DNA of 64,000 nucleotides from an uncultured Candidatus Saccharibacteria bacterium (GCA_964549935.1 CAZJVT010000001.1:219922-283921), one strand, 5' to 3'; positions 17,695-27,361 are shown, counted from the first letter of the stretch. Numbers and translations: made by a program. Notes: generated by a model from the sequence alone, not told the origin.

Positions 17695-18183
17695 ATGCCA
17701 AAAGCGATTATTTTTGATTGGGGAGGGGTACTCGTAGATGCAGAAACGAAGGAGCAGTATCCGGAGGCCTTCGCGGTTTTGCAATTCTGCAAAGCAAAGG
17801 GCTACCGACTGGCGCTGGCGTGCATCGCCAGTAAATTTAAGGAGCGCAAAAAACAAATCGAGTCCTCCGGGTTGATGCAGTTTTTTGAAAAGATTCAGCT
17901 TGAGCCGATGCCGGCCGAGAAGATTTGGGATAGTAGCTATAGAGGCAAGGACGCAGTGTTTGATCGCATCATGGAGTATTTCAATCTGCCGGCCAAAGAC
18001 GTTTTAATTATTGACGACCGGACGGTCCGGGGAGTTCGCTATGCGAATGCTCATGGCCACCCGTCTATCTGGGTCAGGCGGGGTAAGTTTGCCAACGAGG
18101 AACCGAATAGGGAGACCGGCGAGCCAACGTGTATCGCCGTGAGCCTTAGCGAAGTCCGATTACTGCTTGAGAAGCTGGCTTAG
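17695..18183 (+). CDS. HAD-superfamily hydrolase
   Basis: Motif I IIFDWGGVLVD and downstream HAD motifs (IIDDR). Confidence 0.6.
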   Translation: MPKAIIFDWGGVLVDAETKEQYPEAFAVLQFCKAKGYRLALACIASKFKERKKQIESSGLMQFFEKIQLEPMPAEKIWDSSYRGKDAVFDRIMEYFNLPAKDVLIIDDRTVRGVRYANAHGHPSIWVRRGKFANEEPNRETGEPTCIAVSLSEVRLLLEKLA

Positions 18184-18194
18184 TTTGACCTTGA

Positions 18195-18222
18195 TTGACC
18201 CGAATTGGCAAGCGTGCTATAG
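18195..18222 (+). promoter_or_regulatory. Sigma70-like promoter (TTGACC-N16-TATAGT) with a long leader of about 115 nt before the RRM gene
   Basis: Duplicated TTGACC at 18185 and 18195, with TATAGT at 18217. Confidence 0.4.
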
Positions 18223-18343
18223 TGATTTGGCTCGTAGGTATCCTTGGTTTCCGTTTCGTATAGCCGCTCGTTTAACCCGAGGCAGGCCTGGTTTCTCAAG
18301 GAAGGTCTTTCTACAGCGTTAATAGTTTCTGATATCTAGATAA

Positions 18344-18619
18344 ATGAAAAAGTTGTACGTAGGGAACCTTCCTTACTCAACGACCAGCGACGACCTGAAG
18401 GGAGTTTTCTCTGCAGCCGGCGCAGTTGCTACTGCTACCGTTATCATCGACAAGATGAGCGGCCGCAGCAAGGGCTTTGGTTTCGTTGAGTTCGAGAACG
18501 ACTCAGACGCCGATAAGGCGATTGAGATGTTCAACGGCAAGGACATGGAAGGCCGCCCGCTCACCGTTAACGAGGCTCGCCCGATGGCTCCTCGCACCGG
18601 TGGCTTCGGCCGAATGTAG
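18344..18619 (+). CDS. RRM-type RNA-binding protein
   Basis: RNP2 LYVGNL and RNP1 KGFGFVEF motifs. 91 aa. Confidence 0.8.
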   Translation: MKKLYVGNLPYSTTSDDLKGVFSAAGAVATATVIIDKMSGRSKGFGFVEFENDSDADKAIEMFNGKDMEGRPLTVNEARPMAPRTGGFGRM

Positions 18620-18893
18620 TCCTTGTTGGTCTTCGACCAATAATGATCCTAGTAAAAGCGTCCTCTATACGAGAGGGCGCTTTTACGTTTTGGAGCTGGG
18701 GGCGTTCGGGCTTTTATCAAGACGGCCACGGATACCTTTTAGTGGCCGCTATGATAAAAACCCGAACGCCTAAGGCGCGGAATGGTCTCGCCTGCACTCG
18801 GTGAGTTGGATGCTAAGGTGGCCCTGCGGGCTTTTTTATATAGGGGATTGGTTATTCGCTTTTTTGAAGTGAGAAGTGGTAAACTAATTCCAT

Positions 18894-20561
18894 ATGATGC
18901 TTGCTGAAGAAGTTAAAAAAGTGGTGAAGGGTGAGATTTTTAATGACCCGGCGACGCTGACAAAGTTTAGCCACGACGCCAGCATTTTTGAAGTTAAGCC
19001 GGAGCTCGTGGTTGCGCCAAAAGACGCGAATGATATTAAGGCGCTCGTAAAACTGGCGACTGCCGCTCGGGAGCACAACGAAAATGTTTCTATTGCCGCT
19101 CGTGCAGCAGGCACGTGTATGTCCGGCGGGTCACTCTCGGAGTCCATCGTGCTGGACATGACTGCGCATTTTAATCAGATTTGGGACGTCGAAGTGGCCC
19201 CGGATAAAAAGTCCGGCTTTGCTGTCGTTGACCCGGGTGTATATTACCGTGATTTAGATAAGGAGACGAAGCGACGCGATCTTTTTATGCCGGCGTACCC
19301 GGCCAGCCGAGAGCTCGCTGCAGTGGGCGGCATGGTGGCTAATAACTCCGGCGGAGAAAAAACACCGGCGTACGGCAAAACAGAAAAATTTATTGAAGAG
19401 CTGCACGTGGTGCTTGCCGATGGCGAGGAGCACATCATCAAAGGGCTCACGCAGGAGGAGTTGGCTAAGAAAATTACCGAAGATACTTTCGAGGGGAAGC
19501 TCTACAAGCAGATGTATGAGCTGATTCATACCAACAAGGCGGTGATTGATGCTGCCCGACCAAATGTCACTAAGAACTCCGCCGGTTACTACTTATGGAA
19601 CGTTTGGGACGGAAAGACCTTTGATTTAAATAAAATGATTGTCGGTAGCCAGGGGACTCTTGGCATTATTACCAAGATTAAATTCCGTCTTGTGCCGGTG
19701 CGGCCGGTTTCTAAAATGCTGGTGCTGTTTTTAAAGCAGCGACATATGAAGGACCTCGGCAATCTTGTCGTGGGACTCAAGCAGTTTGGGCCGGAGACGA
19801 TTGAGTCGTATGACGACAACACGCTCAAACTCGCGATTAAGTTTTTTCCTGATTTGTTGAAGATTTTGAAGCCGAAGAATTTGATTGGAATGTTTTTCCA
19901 TCTTTTGCCAGAGTTCTGGATTTTTGCAACCGGCGGGATGCCGAAGCTGGTTGTAATGGCCGAGTTTACGGGCGACAACCACAAGGAAGTAGATGAGCGC
20001 ATCGCCACCGCCGCGGCCGGTGTGAAAAAGTTCGGTATGAAGATGCGTATCACCGGCACCGAAGAAGAGGAGCGGGAGTTTTATACGATTCGTCGCGAGA
20101 GCTTCAGTCTGCTGCGCAACAAGGTGAAGGACAAACACACTGCTCCGTTTATCGATGACTTTGCCGTCCTGCCCGAGGTGTTGCCGGAGTTTTTGCCGAA
20201 GTTAATGGCAATTTTGGCGCAGTACCCGTCTCTGGTCTTTACGATTGCCGGGCATCCCGGTGACGGCAACTTCCATATCATTCCGCTGATGCAGCTTGAG
20301 GACGCTAACCAGCGGGCGATTATTCCTAAGCTTTCGGAGGAGGTTTATAATCTGGTGTTGCAATATAAAGGAACGACGACCGCCGAACACAACGACGGCT
20401 TGATTCGCACGCCGTATCTTGAAAAAATGTACGGTCCGGAAATTGTGAAGCTATTCGAACAGACGAAGGCGATCTTTGATCCGAAGGGAATTTTTAATCC
20501 GGGAAAGAAAGTGGGTGGGTCTATGGCCTACTCGATGGCACACATCCGCAAAAGCTTTTAA
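18894..20561 (+). CDS. FAD-linked oxidase (PCMH-type FAD-binding, GlcD/D-lactate dehydrogenase family)
   Basis: N-terminal FAD_binding_4-like region (VVAPKDANDIKALV..AARAAGTCMSGGS) plus a C-terminal oxidase domain. 555 aa. Confidence 0.7.
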   Translation: MMLAEEVKKVVKGEIFNDPATLTKFSHDASIFEVKPELVVAPKDANDIKALVKLATAAREHNENVSIAARAAGTCMSGGSLSESIVLDMTAHFNQIWDVEVAPDKKSGFAVVDPGVYYRDLDKETKRRDLFMPAYPASRELAAVGGMVANNSGGEKTPAYGKTEKFIEELHVVLADGEEHIIKGLTQEELAKKITEDTFEGKLYKQMYELIHTNKAVIDAARPNVTKNSAGYYLWNVWDGKTFDLNKMIVGSQGTLGIITKIKFRLVPVRPVSKMLVLFLKQRHMKDLGNLVVGLKQFGPETIESYDDNTLKLAIKFFPDLLKILKPKNLIGMFFHLLPEFWIFATGGMPKLVVMAEFTGDNHKEVDERIATAAAGVKKFGMKMRITGTEEEEREFYTIRRESFSLLRNKVKDKHTAPFIDDFAVLPEVLPEFLPKLMAILAQYPSLVFTIAGHPGDGNFHIIPLMQLEDANQRAIIPKLSEEVYNLVLQYKGTTTAEHNDGLIRTPYLEKMYGPEIVKLFEQTKAIFDPKGIFNPGKKVGGSMAYSMAHIRKSF

Positions 20562-20684
20562 TCGCTTACATTCGGCGAGCTGCAGTGTTGCGGGCGCCCA
20601 CCGGCACGCTCATCGTACTTACTAAAGTACGCCTCACGTGCCGGGAGCCCGCGTCGCGCATCTCATCCGAATGTAAACGATTAA
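20558..20684. repeat. MITE-like element bounded by 18-bp inverted repeats, with nested internal palindromes
   Basis: TTAATCGCTTACATTCGG ... CCGAATGTAAACGATTAA (1 mismatch). Inner CCGGCACG/CGTGCCGG and GTACTTA/TAAAGTAC palindromes. Core GC about 65%. Overlaps the stop codon of the upstream gene. Confidence 0.4.
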
Positions 20685-20696
20685 TCTTTATTCCTT

Positions 20697-20915
20697 ATGC
20701 GCATTACAATTCGTGTCAGTCCTAACGCGAAGAAGCCTGAAGTAAGCGAAATTTCTCCGGGTAATTTTAAGGTGCGAGTGAATGCTAAACCGGTGGACGG
20801 CGCAGCAAATATCCGGCTGATTGAAATTTTGGCCGAGCACTTCAATGTGCCGTTTGGCGCTATTCGCATTGTCAGTGGGGCAACCTCGAAAGAGAAGGTG
20901 ATTGAGATTGGGTAG
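20697..20915 (+). CDS. DUF167/YggU-family protein
   Basis: 72 aa. RVNAKPVDGAANIRLIEILAEHFNV is typical of UPF0235. Confidence 0.6.
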   Translation: MRITIRVSPNAKKPEVSEISPGNFKVRVNAKPVDGAANIRLIEILAEHFNVPFGAIRIVSGATSKEKVIEIG

Positions 20916-20971
20916 GTTCAATAAATTGCATTTTTTCTGCTTTTATGGTATTTTTTGGTAACTCTTAGATT

Positions 20972-22033
20972 ATGCTCATAGACGAAGTAAAGCTACATAT
21001 CAAAGCGGGACACGGAGGGGCCGGTAAGGTCTGCTTTGACACAGTTCCGCGCTCGCTTGGTCCAACCGGTGGCAACGGTGGTGACGGAGGCTCGGTTTAC
21101 GCCGAGGGTGTTTCTGACTTGGCCGCACTTCGACAGTACCGATTTAAGAAAGACTTTGCGGCAGAGGACGGGGGTCGCGGTGCGGAGGCCAAGCGCTCCG
21201 GTCGCGGCGGCAACGATTTTATTTTAAAGGTTCCTATTGGCACGATTATTCGCGCCAAGCTGATGAACTTTGAGGAGCTCGAAGGCGCCGAGGGCGGCGG
21301 CGGTGAGTTTAAAGGCGTTCGCGAAAAAGTTTTTGAAGTTACTAAAGTAGGGGAGAAGATTCTGATTGCCAAAGGCGGGCTCGGAGGCCGCGGCAACTTT
21401 GAATTCCGCAGTTCCAAAAATCCGTCACCGGAGTACGCACAGCCGGGACTTCCGGGTGAGGAGTTTGATACCGAATTCGAATTGCAAATCATTGCTGACA
21501 TCGGGCTCATCGGACTGCCGAACGCCGGTAAGTCCTCACTACTTAATGAACTTACAAAAGCGGGAGCAAAGGTTGCCAACTATCCGTTTACAACACTAGA
21601 GCCAAACCTGGGTGTGTATTATCCGTCTGCAGTTTTGAAGGCGAGTGATGCCGAGCAGCAAAAGGCGACGCCGCTTATCCTCGCCGACATTCCGGGACTC
21701 ATCGAAGGCGCCTCGGCTGGCAAAGGACTTGGTTTTAAATTTTTGCGCCACGTGGAGCGCACGAAAGTTTTGATTCACTGTGTCTCGGCGGAGTCAGCTG
21801 ATGTCGCCACGGATTACAAAGCCGTGCGACAGGAGCTCGGTCAGTACGACAAAGTGCTGGGCGAAAAAGAAACGTACATTCTGCTTACAAAGAGCGATCT
21901 CGTGGACGAGGCTACCTTAAAGAAACAGGCTGCCGCGCTGAAGCGTTTCAAAAAGCCGATGCTCGTCGCCTCAATTCACAATCAGGAACAGCTGGCGGAG
22001 GTCAAAAAGCTTTTGGACGGGATTGTCCGCTAG
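20972..22033 (+). CDS. obg: GTPase Obg
   Basis: Obg-fold N-terminus (glycine-rich GGNGGDGGSV) and G domain (GLIGLPNAGKSSLLN, DIPGLIEGA). Confidence 0.85.
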   Translation: MLIDEVKLHIKAGHGGAGKVCFDTVPRSLGPTGGNGGDGGSVYAEGVSDLAALRQYRFKKDFAAEDGGRGAEAKRSGRGGNDFILKVPIGTIIRAKLMNFEELEGAEGGGGEFKGVREKVFEVTKVGEKILIAKGGLGGRGNFEFRSSKNPSPEYAQPGLPGEEFDTEFELQIIADIGLIGLPNAGKSSLLNELTKAGAKVANYPFTTLEPNLGVYYPSAVLKASDAEQQKATPLILADIPGLIEGASAGKGLGFKFLRHVERTKVLIHCVSAESADVATDYKAVRQELGQYDKVLGEKETYILLTKSDLVDEATLKKQAAALKRFKKPMLVASIHNQEQLAEVKKLLDGIVR

Positions 22034-22068
22034 GGGCTTTTTAGGTTAGAATTGATGAAAGAGGGTAC

Positions 22069-22098
22069 TTGACAAAATGTCATAAAGTGTGCTATAAT
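22069..22098 (+). promoter_or_regulatory. Consensus sigma70 promoter TTGACA-N18-TATAAT
   Basis: Exact TTGACA and TATAAT hexamers. The ORF listed from 22069 starts on the -35 box and is spurious at its 5' end. Confidence 0.55.
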
Positions 22099-22104
22099 AT
22101 ATTA

Positions 22105-22251
22105 ACAGGCGGGATAGGGTTTGGTGCTGCAAAACAGCTTCAAACTCTGCCTCGCACGGTGCTTGGTAGACCTTGGGTCCCGGGGAGTGGACGGTTGGCG
22201 AAAGCTGACACCCGCGCTGGCGTATGCCAGAAACGGAAAGGAAGAGTGGAG
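22105..22251 (+). promoter_or_regulatory. Structured 5' leader with ykkC-family (guanidine-I-like) riboswitch-like motifs
   Basis: GGGAUAGGGUUUGG (compare CUAGGGUUCCG), GGGUCCCGGGGAG (compare GGUCCGAGAG) and ACGGUUGGCGAAAGC (compare ACGGAGGGAAAAAAGC), in the same order as the B. subtilis ykkC leader. Additional CUGGCGUAUGCCAG hairpin. Confidence 0.3.
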
Positions 22252-22458
22252 ATGTTGAAGAATCTCACAAGGGAAGAGGTCATCAAGACTCTCTTCGACG
22301 GCGACGAGTGCGAGCTCGATCGCCGGATCGCAGAGGTCGCCTGGCAAGAGCCGGCGGCAATCAGTCTCGGCGTGAAGGGTAGGCCTGGTCTGCTCACGCA
22401 GATCGATGAGAGCAACTTCACTCTCGAGATCGCCGGCGCACTTGCCGGCTGGCGGTAG
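22252..22458 (+). CDS. Small hypothetical protein (68 aa, high GC)
   Basis: ATG preceded by AGGAAGAGTGGAG. GC about 62%. In frame with the longer listed ORF. Confidence 0.35.
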   Translation: MLKNLTREEVIKTLFDGDECELDRRIAEVAWQEPAAISLGVKGRPGLLTQIDESNFTLEIAGALAGWR

Positions 22459-22510
22459 TCTCCGCCTCAATCATCGCGGCGCAGTTGGGTCTTCACCCTC
22501 TGCGCCGCTT

Positions 22511-22637
22511 CGCTTTCGCCCTCGCTGTGTCCTTGAAGCCCCGCGTCAGGGGCTTTTATAATTAAGCAGTAAGGAGCCACCCGGCGATTGCGCCTGCCTG
22601 CCGGCAGACAGGTATTCGCAAGCGGCAAGGGTGTTTC
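22511..22637. repeat. Intergenic repeat family copy A (terminator hairpin + TATAAT + CACCCGGCG..GCAAGCGGYAAGGGTGTTTC)
   Basis: About 130 bp homologous to 42651-42782 with palindromic indels. Contains the CCTGCCTGCCGGCAGACAGG near-palindrome also seen at 16707-16730. Confidence 0.45.
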
Positions 22638-22681
22638 AATAGTACTATTCCCTTATTTTTTTATTCTGGTATTCTTTTTCT

Positions 22682-23200
22682 ATGCAAAAATATATTATCT
22701 TTATCGTAGTTGCAGCTATTATCATTATCGGGGCGATGATGCTTAAGTCGGACAACAAGCCGGCGGCCGTCGTCACTGAAACGCAGACTGCCTCGTCCAC
22801 CGAGCAGACCGCGCAGGAGCCGGTAGTTTCCGGAACTGAAGTAACCAATCCAAAACCAATCACTATGAAAGACGGACTTATCATCGAAGACACCAAGATC
22901 GGTAACGGCGAAGAGGCCAAGGCCGGTATGCTCGCCAGTGTTCACTATGTCGGCACGCTTACTAACGGAACGAAGTTCGACAGCTCGCGCGATCGCGGTG
23001 AGCCGTTCCAGTTCCCGCTCGGACAGGGCTACGTCATTAAGGGTTGGGACGAAGGTGTCGTCGGTATGAAGGTCGGCGGTATCCGCAAGCTCACGATTCC
23101 GTCGGAGCTCGGTTACGGTACCAAAGGTGCCGGTAGCTCGATTCCTCCGAATGCCACGCTGAAGTTTGAAGTTGAGTTGCTTGGTCTTCGCTCGAACTAG
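22682..23200 (+). CDS. FKBP-type peptidyl-prolyl cis-trans isomerase (membrane-anchored)
   Basis: N-terminal TM helix. FKBP core [44 protein letters not shown]. Confidence 0.8.
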   Translation: MQKYIIFIVVAAIIIIGAMMLKSDNKPAAVVTETQTASSTEQTAQEPVVSGTEVTNPKPITMKDGLIIEDTKIGNGEEAKAGMLASVHYVGTLTNGTKFDSSRDRGEPFQFPLGQGYVIKGWDEGVVGMKVGGIRKLTIPSELGYGTKGAGSSIPPNATLKFEVELLGLRSN

Positions 23201-23210
23201 TCACTACTAC

Positions 23211-23246
23211 AAATCCCCCGGAGTTCCCGGGGGATTTGCTTATTTT
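23211..23246 (+). terminator. Rho-independent terminator
   Basis: AAATCCCCCGGAGTTCCCGGGGGATTT then GCTTATTTT. Confidence 0.6.
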
Positions 23247-23355
23247 AAGAAAATTTGGTATTCTTATCTCACTGAAATTTGGCCGCTGGCCATTTTTGAT
23301 TTCCCAAAGGGAAGTCCTGCCGCATTCAGTAGAATGCGGCGATTATATAACTACT

Positions 23356-25146
23356 ATGGTAAGTCCTAAAATCCGCAACATCGCAATCATCGCGCACGTC
23401 GACCACGGCAAGACGACTCTCGTTGATGCACTTTTGAAGCAGTCTGATAACTTCACCATGAAGGTGAACGGCAGCGGGGAATTAATCATGGACAACAACG
23501 AGCTCGAGCGTGAGCGCGGTATTACGATTTTGGCTAAGAACGCTGCTATTACTTACAAGGGCATCAAAATCAACATCGTCGACACGCCGGGACACGCTGA
23601 CTTCGGCGGCGAGGTGGAGCGTATCATGAGCATGGTAGACGGAGTTCTTTTGCTCGTGGATGCCCAGGAGGGTCCGATGCCGCAGACCAAGTTCGTTTTG
23701 AAAAAAGCTATCGAAGCCGGGCACAAGGCTATCGTGGTTGTCAACAAAATCGACAAACCGGCGGCGCGTCCGGAGTGGGCGCTTGATGAAACCTTCAGCT
23801 TGTTTATCGACCTCGGCGCCTCTGATGAGCAGGCACACTTTCCGGTCGTCTACGCTTCCGGTATCGCCGGTAAGGCCGGACTTAAGCCGGACATCACGAC
23901 GATGAAGGATATTACGCCGCTTTTTGATAAGATCATCGAATACATTCCGGCTCCGGTTGTCGACGAGACTGTGCCGCTTCAGCTGCTGACGATTAACTTG
24001 GCTTACGATACTTACAAAGGAAAGATGGCTATCGGCCGTTTGCATTCCGGCACCTTGAAGCCGAACCAGCAGGTGATGCACATCGATCGCGCCGGTAAGA
24101 TGAAGAAGGCACAGCTGACTAACGTTTTGATTTTCGACGGCATGAACCGCAAGGAGGCGACCGAGGTCGTCGCCGGTGACATCTGCGCGATTGCCGGTAT
24201 TCCGGATATCACTATCGGCGAAACGATCGCTGACATCAACGACCCGCGTCCGCTCACGCCGATTAAGATTGACGAGCCGACCATCAAGGCGATTTTTATG
24301 GTCAACAAGAGTCCGTTCGTCGGTAAGGAAGGGCAGTACATCACGAGCCGTAACATCAAAGAGCGCTTGGAGCGTGAGACCGAGACCGACGTTGCTTTGA
24401 AAATGGAGGAGACGGAGGACTCGGACCGTTGGATTATGTCCGGTCGTGGTGAGTTGCACCTCGCAATTTTGATTGAAAAAATGCGCCGCGAGGGTTTTGA
24501 GCTGGCCGTCGGAAAGCCGCAGGTCATTTACAAAGAAATTGACAAGGTGAAGATGGAGCCATTTGAGCTCGTGAGCATCGAGGTTCCGAATGAGTCAACC
24601 GGCGTTGTTATTCAGGACTTTGGTCAGCGCCTTGGCGAGATGCGCCACATGACCCAGGACGGTCCTATTACCAAGCTTGAGTTCTCGATTCCAACGCGCG
24701 GACTTATCGGTTACCGCAGTGACTTTATGACCCGTACCAAAGGGCTCGGTATCATGAACACGATTTTCGATTCGTATAAGCCGATGAAAGGCGATATTAC
24801 TAAGTTGCCGCACGGCTCGCTCATTGCGACCGAAGCCGGTGAGTCTACCAACTACGGTTTGCTTTTGGCGCAGGACCGCGGCGTGCTCTTTATCGGCCCG
24901 GGCGTGAAGATTTACGAAGGAATGGTTGTCGGTAAGAACGCTAAAGATATGGATCTGCGCGTGCACGTCGGCCGCGAGAAGCAGTTGACCAACTTCCGCG
25001 CCAAGAACGAAGGTATCGGCGCCTTCCTCGAGGCTCCGACACTGATGACGCTCGAAGACTCGTTGGAGTATATCTCTGACGACGAGATCGTCGAGGTCAC
25101 CCCGAAATCGATTCGTATCCGCAAAATGGACTTAAAGGCAAAGTAA
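23356..25146 (+). CDS. typA: Translational GTPase TypA/BipA
   Basis: [17 protein letters not shown] and [11 protein letters not shown]-like domain order. Start taken at MVSPKIRN; the listed ORF begins 120 nt upstream in non-coding sequence. Confidence 0.85.
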   Translation: MVSPKIRNIAIIAHVDHGKTTLVDALLKQSDNFTMKVNGSGELIMDNNELERERGITILAKNAAITYKGIKINIVDTPGHADFGGEVERIMSMVDGVLLLVDAQEGPMPQTKFVLKKAIEAGHKAIVVVNKIDKPAARPEWALDETFSLFIDLGASDEQAHFPVVYASGIAGKAGLKPDITTMKDITPLFDKIIEYIPAPVVDETVPLQLLTINLAYDTYKGKMAIGRLHSGTLKPNQQVMHIDRAGKMKKAQLTNVLIFDGMNRKEATEVVAGDICAIAGIPDITIGETIADINDPRPLTPIKIDEPTIKAIFMVNKSPFVGKEGQYITSRNIKERLERETETDVALKMEETEDSDRWIMSGRGELHLAILIEKMRREGFELAVGKPQVIYKEIDKVKMEPFELVSIEVPNESTGVVIQDFGQRLGEMRHMTQDGPITKLEFSIPTRGLIGYRSDFMTRTKGLGIMNTIFDSYKPMKGDITKLPHGSLIATEAGESTNYGLLLAQDRGVLFIGPGVKIYEGMVVGKNAKDMDLRVHVGREKQLTNFRAKNEGIGAFLEAPTLMTLEDSLEYISDDEIVEVTPKSIRIRKMDLKAK

Positions 25147-25151
25147 AATAC

Positions 25152-25175
25152 AAAACCGGGCTTCTGCCCGGTTTT
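25152..25175 (+). terminator. Rho-independent terminator
   Basis: AAAACCGGGCTTCTGCCCGGTTTT. Confidence 0.6.
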
Positions 25176-25217
25176 GTTATAGAGATGAACGAGACCTCGA
25201 CGCAGGGCGCCGGGGTC

Positions 25218-25463
25218 TCATTCGCTGCAGAAGTAGAGGTGGCGGTGTCGGTAGCCGATCCAGACTCCGGTTGTTTTAGCGAGCAGGGTCTCGCATGCAG
25301 CAACGAGAGCGAACCGGTCGGCGATCAACGTGCCGGGAGCGGAGAGGTCATCGACGTTCCCGGGGATGACGATGACCGGCATGCCTTTCCCGAGCGTGAA
25401 CCACCAAGCCTCCTCTGGCGTGCGCACCATGCGCACGCTGTCTGGGTCGATGTGCGTGCACAT
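25218..25463 (-). CDS. Small high-GC hypothetical protein (81 aa)
   Basis: AAGGAG SD 9 nt before the ATG, with TATACT upstream. GC about 62%. Weak resemblance to the N-terminus of an alpha/beta hydrolase (PVIVIPG). Confidence 0.3.
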   Translation of the reverse strand: MCTHIDPDSVRMVRTPEEAWWFTLGKGMPVIVIPGNVDDLSAPGTLIADRFALVAACETLLAKTTGVWIGYRHRHLYFCSE

Positions 25464-25544
25464 GGTGCTGTGACTCCTTTCGTTCTTAGTATACACCTTG
25501 GCAGAGCCTTGCCCGTAGAGGCCCAAAACGTTATGATAAGGGCA

Positions 25545-26633
25545 ATGACAACGCGTACAATCCAGCTTTCGTTCTTTTTCATTATATTTGGAATTACGGC
25601 AGTATTAGGCTTTTTCATTTTTAAGCCCTACATCAATACGTTGGTGCTTGCTGCGACATTCGCTATTATCTTTTATCCCTTATATCAGCGACTTGATCGA
25701 GGTTTTCACCGAAAGTATCCGAGCATCGCCTCTGCATGTACCATACTAATTGCCAGTTTGATTATTTTTGTACCCGCCGCGCTGCTCGGTGCTCGAGTGT
25801 ATCAGGAAGCGGCGGCGGTGTATGAGCGGCTGAGTGACGGAGCGGCAAACGAGGAGGCCCCGCTACCGCCTGCCGCTGCAAATGCAGGACCATTTGTGTT
25901 ACAGATTCGTGAAAAGCTTGATAGCGGCATTACCACGATTTTCAGTAACCTCGATAAGTCAATCCACCAGTCCTTTGGCTGGGTACTTACCAACGCCGGA
26001 GATTTTTCTCGGCAGTTGGGTGAAATTGGGATTCGTTTCTTTATCTGGTTTCTGGCATTTTATTATTTCTTGCGCGACGGACATCATATTCGCAAACTTT
26101 TTGTATTACTGAGTCCGCTTTCCGACAAGTACGATAATGAAATCGTTGTGCGCATCACTTCGTCAGTTAAAAGCGTCATCGGCGGATCGCTGATCGTTGC
26201 AATCATTCAGGGCATTGCCGCGGGAGTGGGTATGTGGATATTCGGAGTGCCTTCACCCGCGATTTGGGGAGCGGTTGCAATCTTAGCGGCTCTTGTCCCA
26301 AGTATTGGTACGGCGCTCGTTATGTTGCCTGCAGTGGGGTATCTATTTCTTCTTGGTAAAACTGGGTCAATGGTTGGACTACTTGTCTGGGGCGTGCTCG
26401 TTGTCGGCTTAATCGACAATTTCCTTCGCCCGAAGTTGATTGAGCGTAGCACAAAAATTCATCCGCTTATGGTCCTGCTTTCTGTGCTTGGAGGAATCGT
26501 CTTGCTCGGTCCGGTAGGTTTTCTTATCGGCCCAATCGTGATGAGTCTGCTACTGGAATTTTTAGCGATTTATAACGAGATGATCCTGCACCATAAAGCA
26601 GAGACAATCGCAGAACAGAACCAGGGCGTGTAG
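25545..26633 (+). CDS. AI-2E family transporter (PerM/UPF0118-like permease)
   Basis: About 8 TM helices and the family's conserved C-terminal region. Start taken at MTTRTIQLSFFF; the listed ORF extends upstream through antisense high-GC sequence. Confidence 0.65.
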   Translation: MTTRTIQLSFFFIIFGITAVLGFFIFKPYINTLVLAATFAIIFYPLYQRLDRGFHRKYPSIASACTILIASLIIFVPAALLGARVYQEAAAVYERLSDGAANEEAPLPPAAANAGPFVLQIREKLDSGITTIFSNLDKSIHQSFGWVLTNAGDFSRQLGEIGIRFFIWFLAFYYFLRDGHHIRKLFVLLSPLSDKYDNEIVVRITSSVKSVIGGSLIVAIIQGIAAGVGMWIFGVPSPAIWGAVAILAALVPSIGTALVMLPAVGYLFLLGKTGSMVGLLVWGVLVVGLIDNFLRPKLIERSTKIHPLMVLLSVLGGIVLLGPVGFLIGPIVMSLLLEFLAIYNEMILHHKAETIAEQNQGV

Positions 26634-26653
26634 TCGTTGGTTAGCTAAAAAAT

Positions 26654-27274
26654 ATGAGAAATGTATCTACAGCCTCTCTCCAAGCCATCATTGCTCAGCT
26701 CAAGGAGGGCTCTATCGGGATTTTACCGACGGATACGCTCTACGGTATTGTCGCACCCGCGCTTAATCAAAAAGCGGTTGAACGCGTGTATGCCGTCAAA
26801 GGCCGGCGGCCCGATAAGCCCTGCATTATTTTGATTTCCGAGATTTCTGATCTTGGACAGTTTGGTATTAATCCAGATATGCAAACTGCAGATATTCTAA
26901 CCTCACTTTGGCCGGGTCCGATTTCAATCGTTTTGCCTTGCCAGGCCGAAGCCTTGGCGAAGGATGGCCTTGCGGATAACCTGGAATACCTGCATCGCGG
27001 CACAAAAACTTTGGCATTTCGTTTGCCTCAGAATGATGAGTTGCGCGACTTCTTACGAGAGACCGGTCCACTGATTGCGCCAAGCGCGAATCTGGAGGGC
27101 AAGGAGCCGGCGCACACAATCGCCGACGCCGAGTCATACTTCAATGGGAGGGTGGATTTTTATGCTGACGGTGGGACGCTTGAGGGAGCGGCTTCAACGG
27201 TTATTGCGCTCGAAAACGGTAAAGTCAAAATTCTGCGACAGGGGCCAATCATTATTCCACATTCACTTTTATGA
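26654..27274 (+). CDS. tsaC: L-threonylcarbamoyladenylate synthase (YrdC/TsaC family)
   Basis: GILPTDTLYGIVAPA and RVYAVKGRRPDKPCIILIS motifs. Confidence 0.8.
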   Translation: MRNVSTASLQAIIAQLKEGSIGILPTDTLYGIVAPALNQKAVERVYAVKGRRPDKPCIILISEISDLGQFGINPDMQTADILTSLWPGPISIVLPCQAEALAKDGLADNLEYLHRGTKTLAFRLPQNDELRDFLRETGPLIAPSANLEGKEPAHTIADAESYFNGRVDFYADGGTLEGAASTVIALENGKVKILRQGPIIIPHSLL

Positions 27275-27361
27275 AAACTAAAGTTGCAATCTTCGATATC
27301 GACCTGCCGTCGCTAAAGCTTTGGCAAGGCGAGACTCTGACTAACTTTATTTTAGCAATCT

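Noticed and set aside
18690-18840. Structured region after the RRM gene (GGCGTTCGGG...CCCGAACGCC long-range pairing) as an SRP/6S RNA
   Set aside because: No SRP domain IV motif (GGAAGCAGCC-like) and no dedicated promoter. It is flanked by two terminators, so most simply a structured 3' UTR between tandem terminators. Left as low-priority.
22069-22251. N-terminal 61 codons of the listed ORF 22069-22458
   Set aside because: The listed start codon is the TTG of the TTGACA -35 box. The segment is a purine-rich structured leader, and the real start is the SD-preceded ATG at 22252.
23482-24459. 325-aa antisense ORF inside typA, and 49313-50119 antisense to rplE-rpsH
   Set aside because: They fully overlap highly conserved genes, have no start context, and give low-complexity translations.
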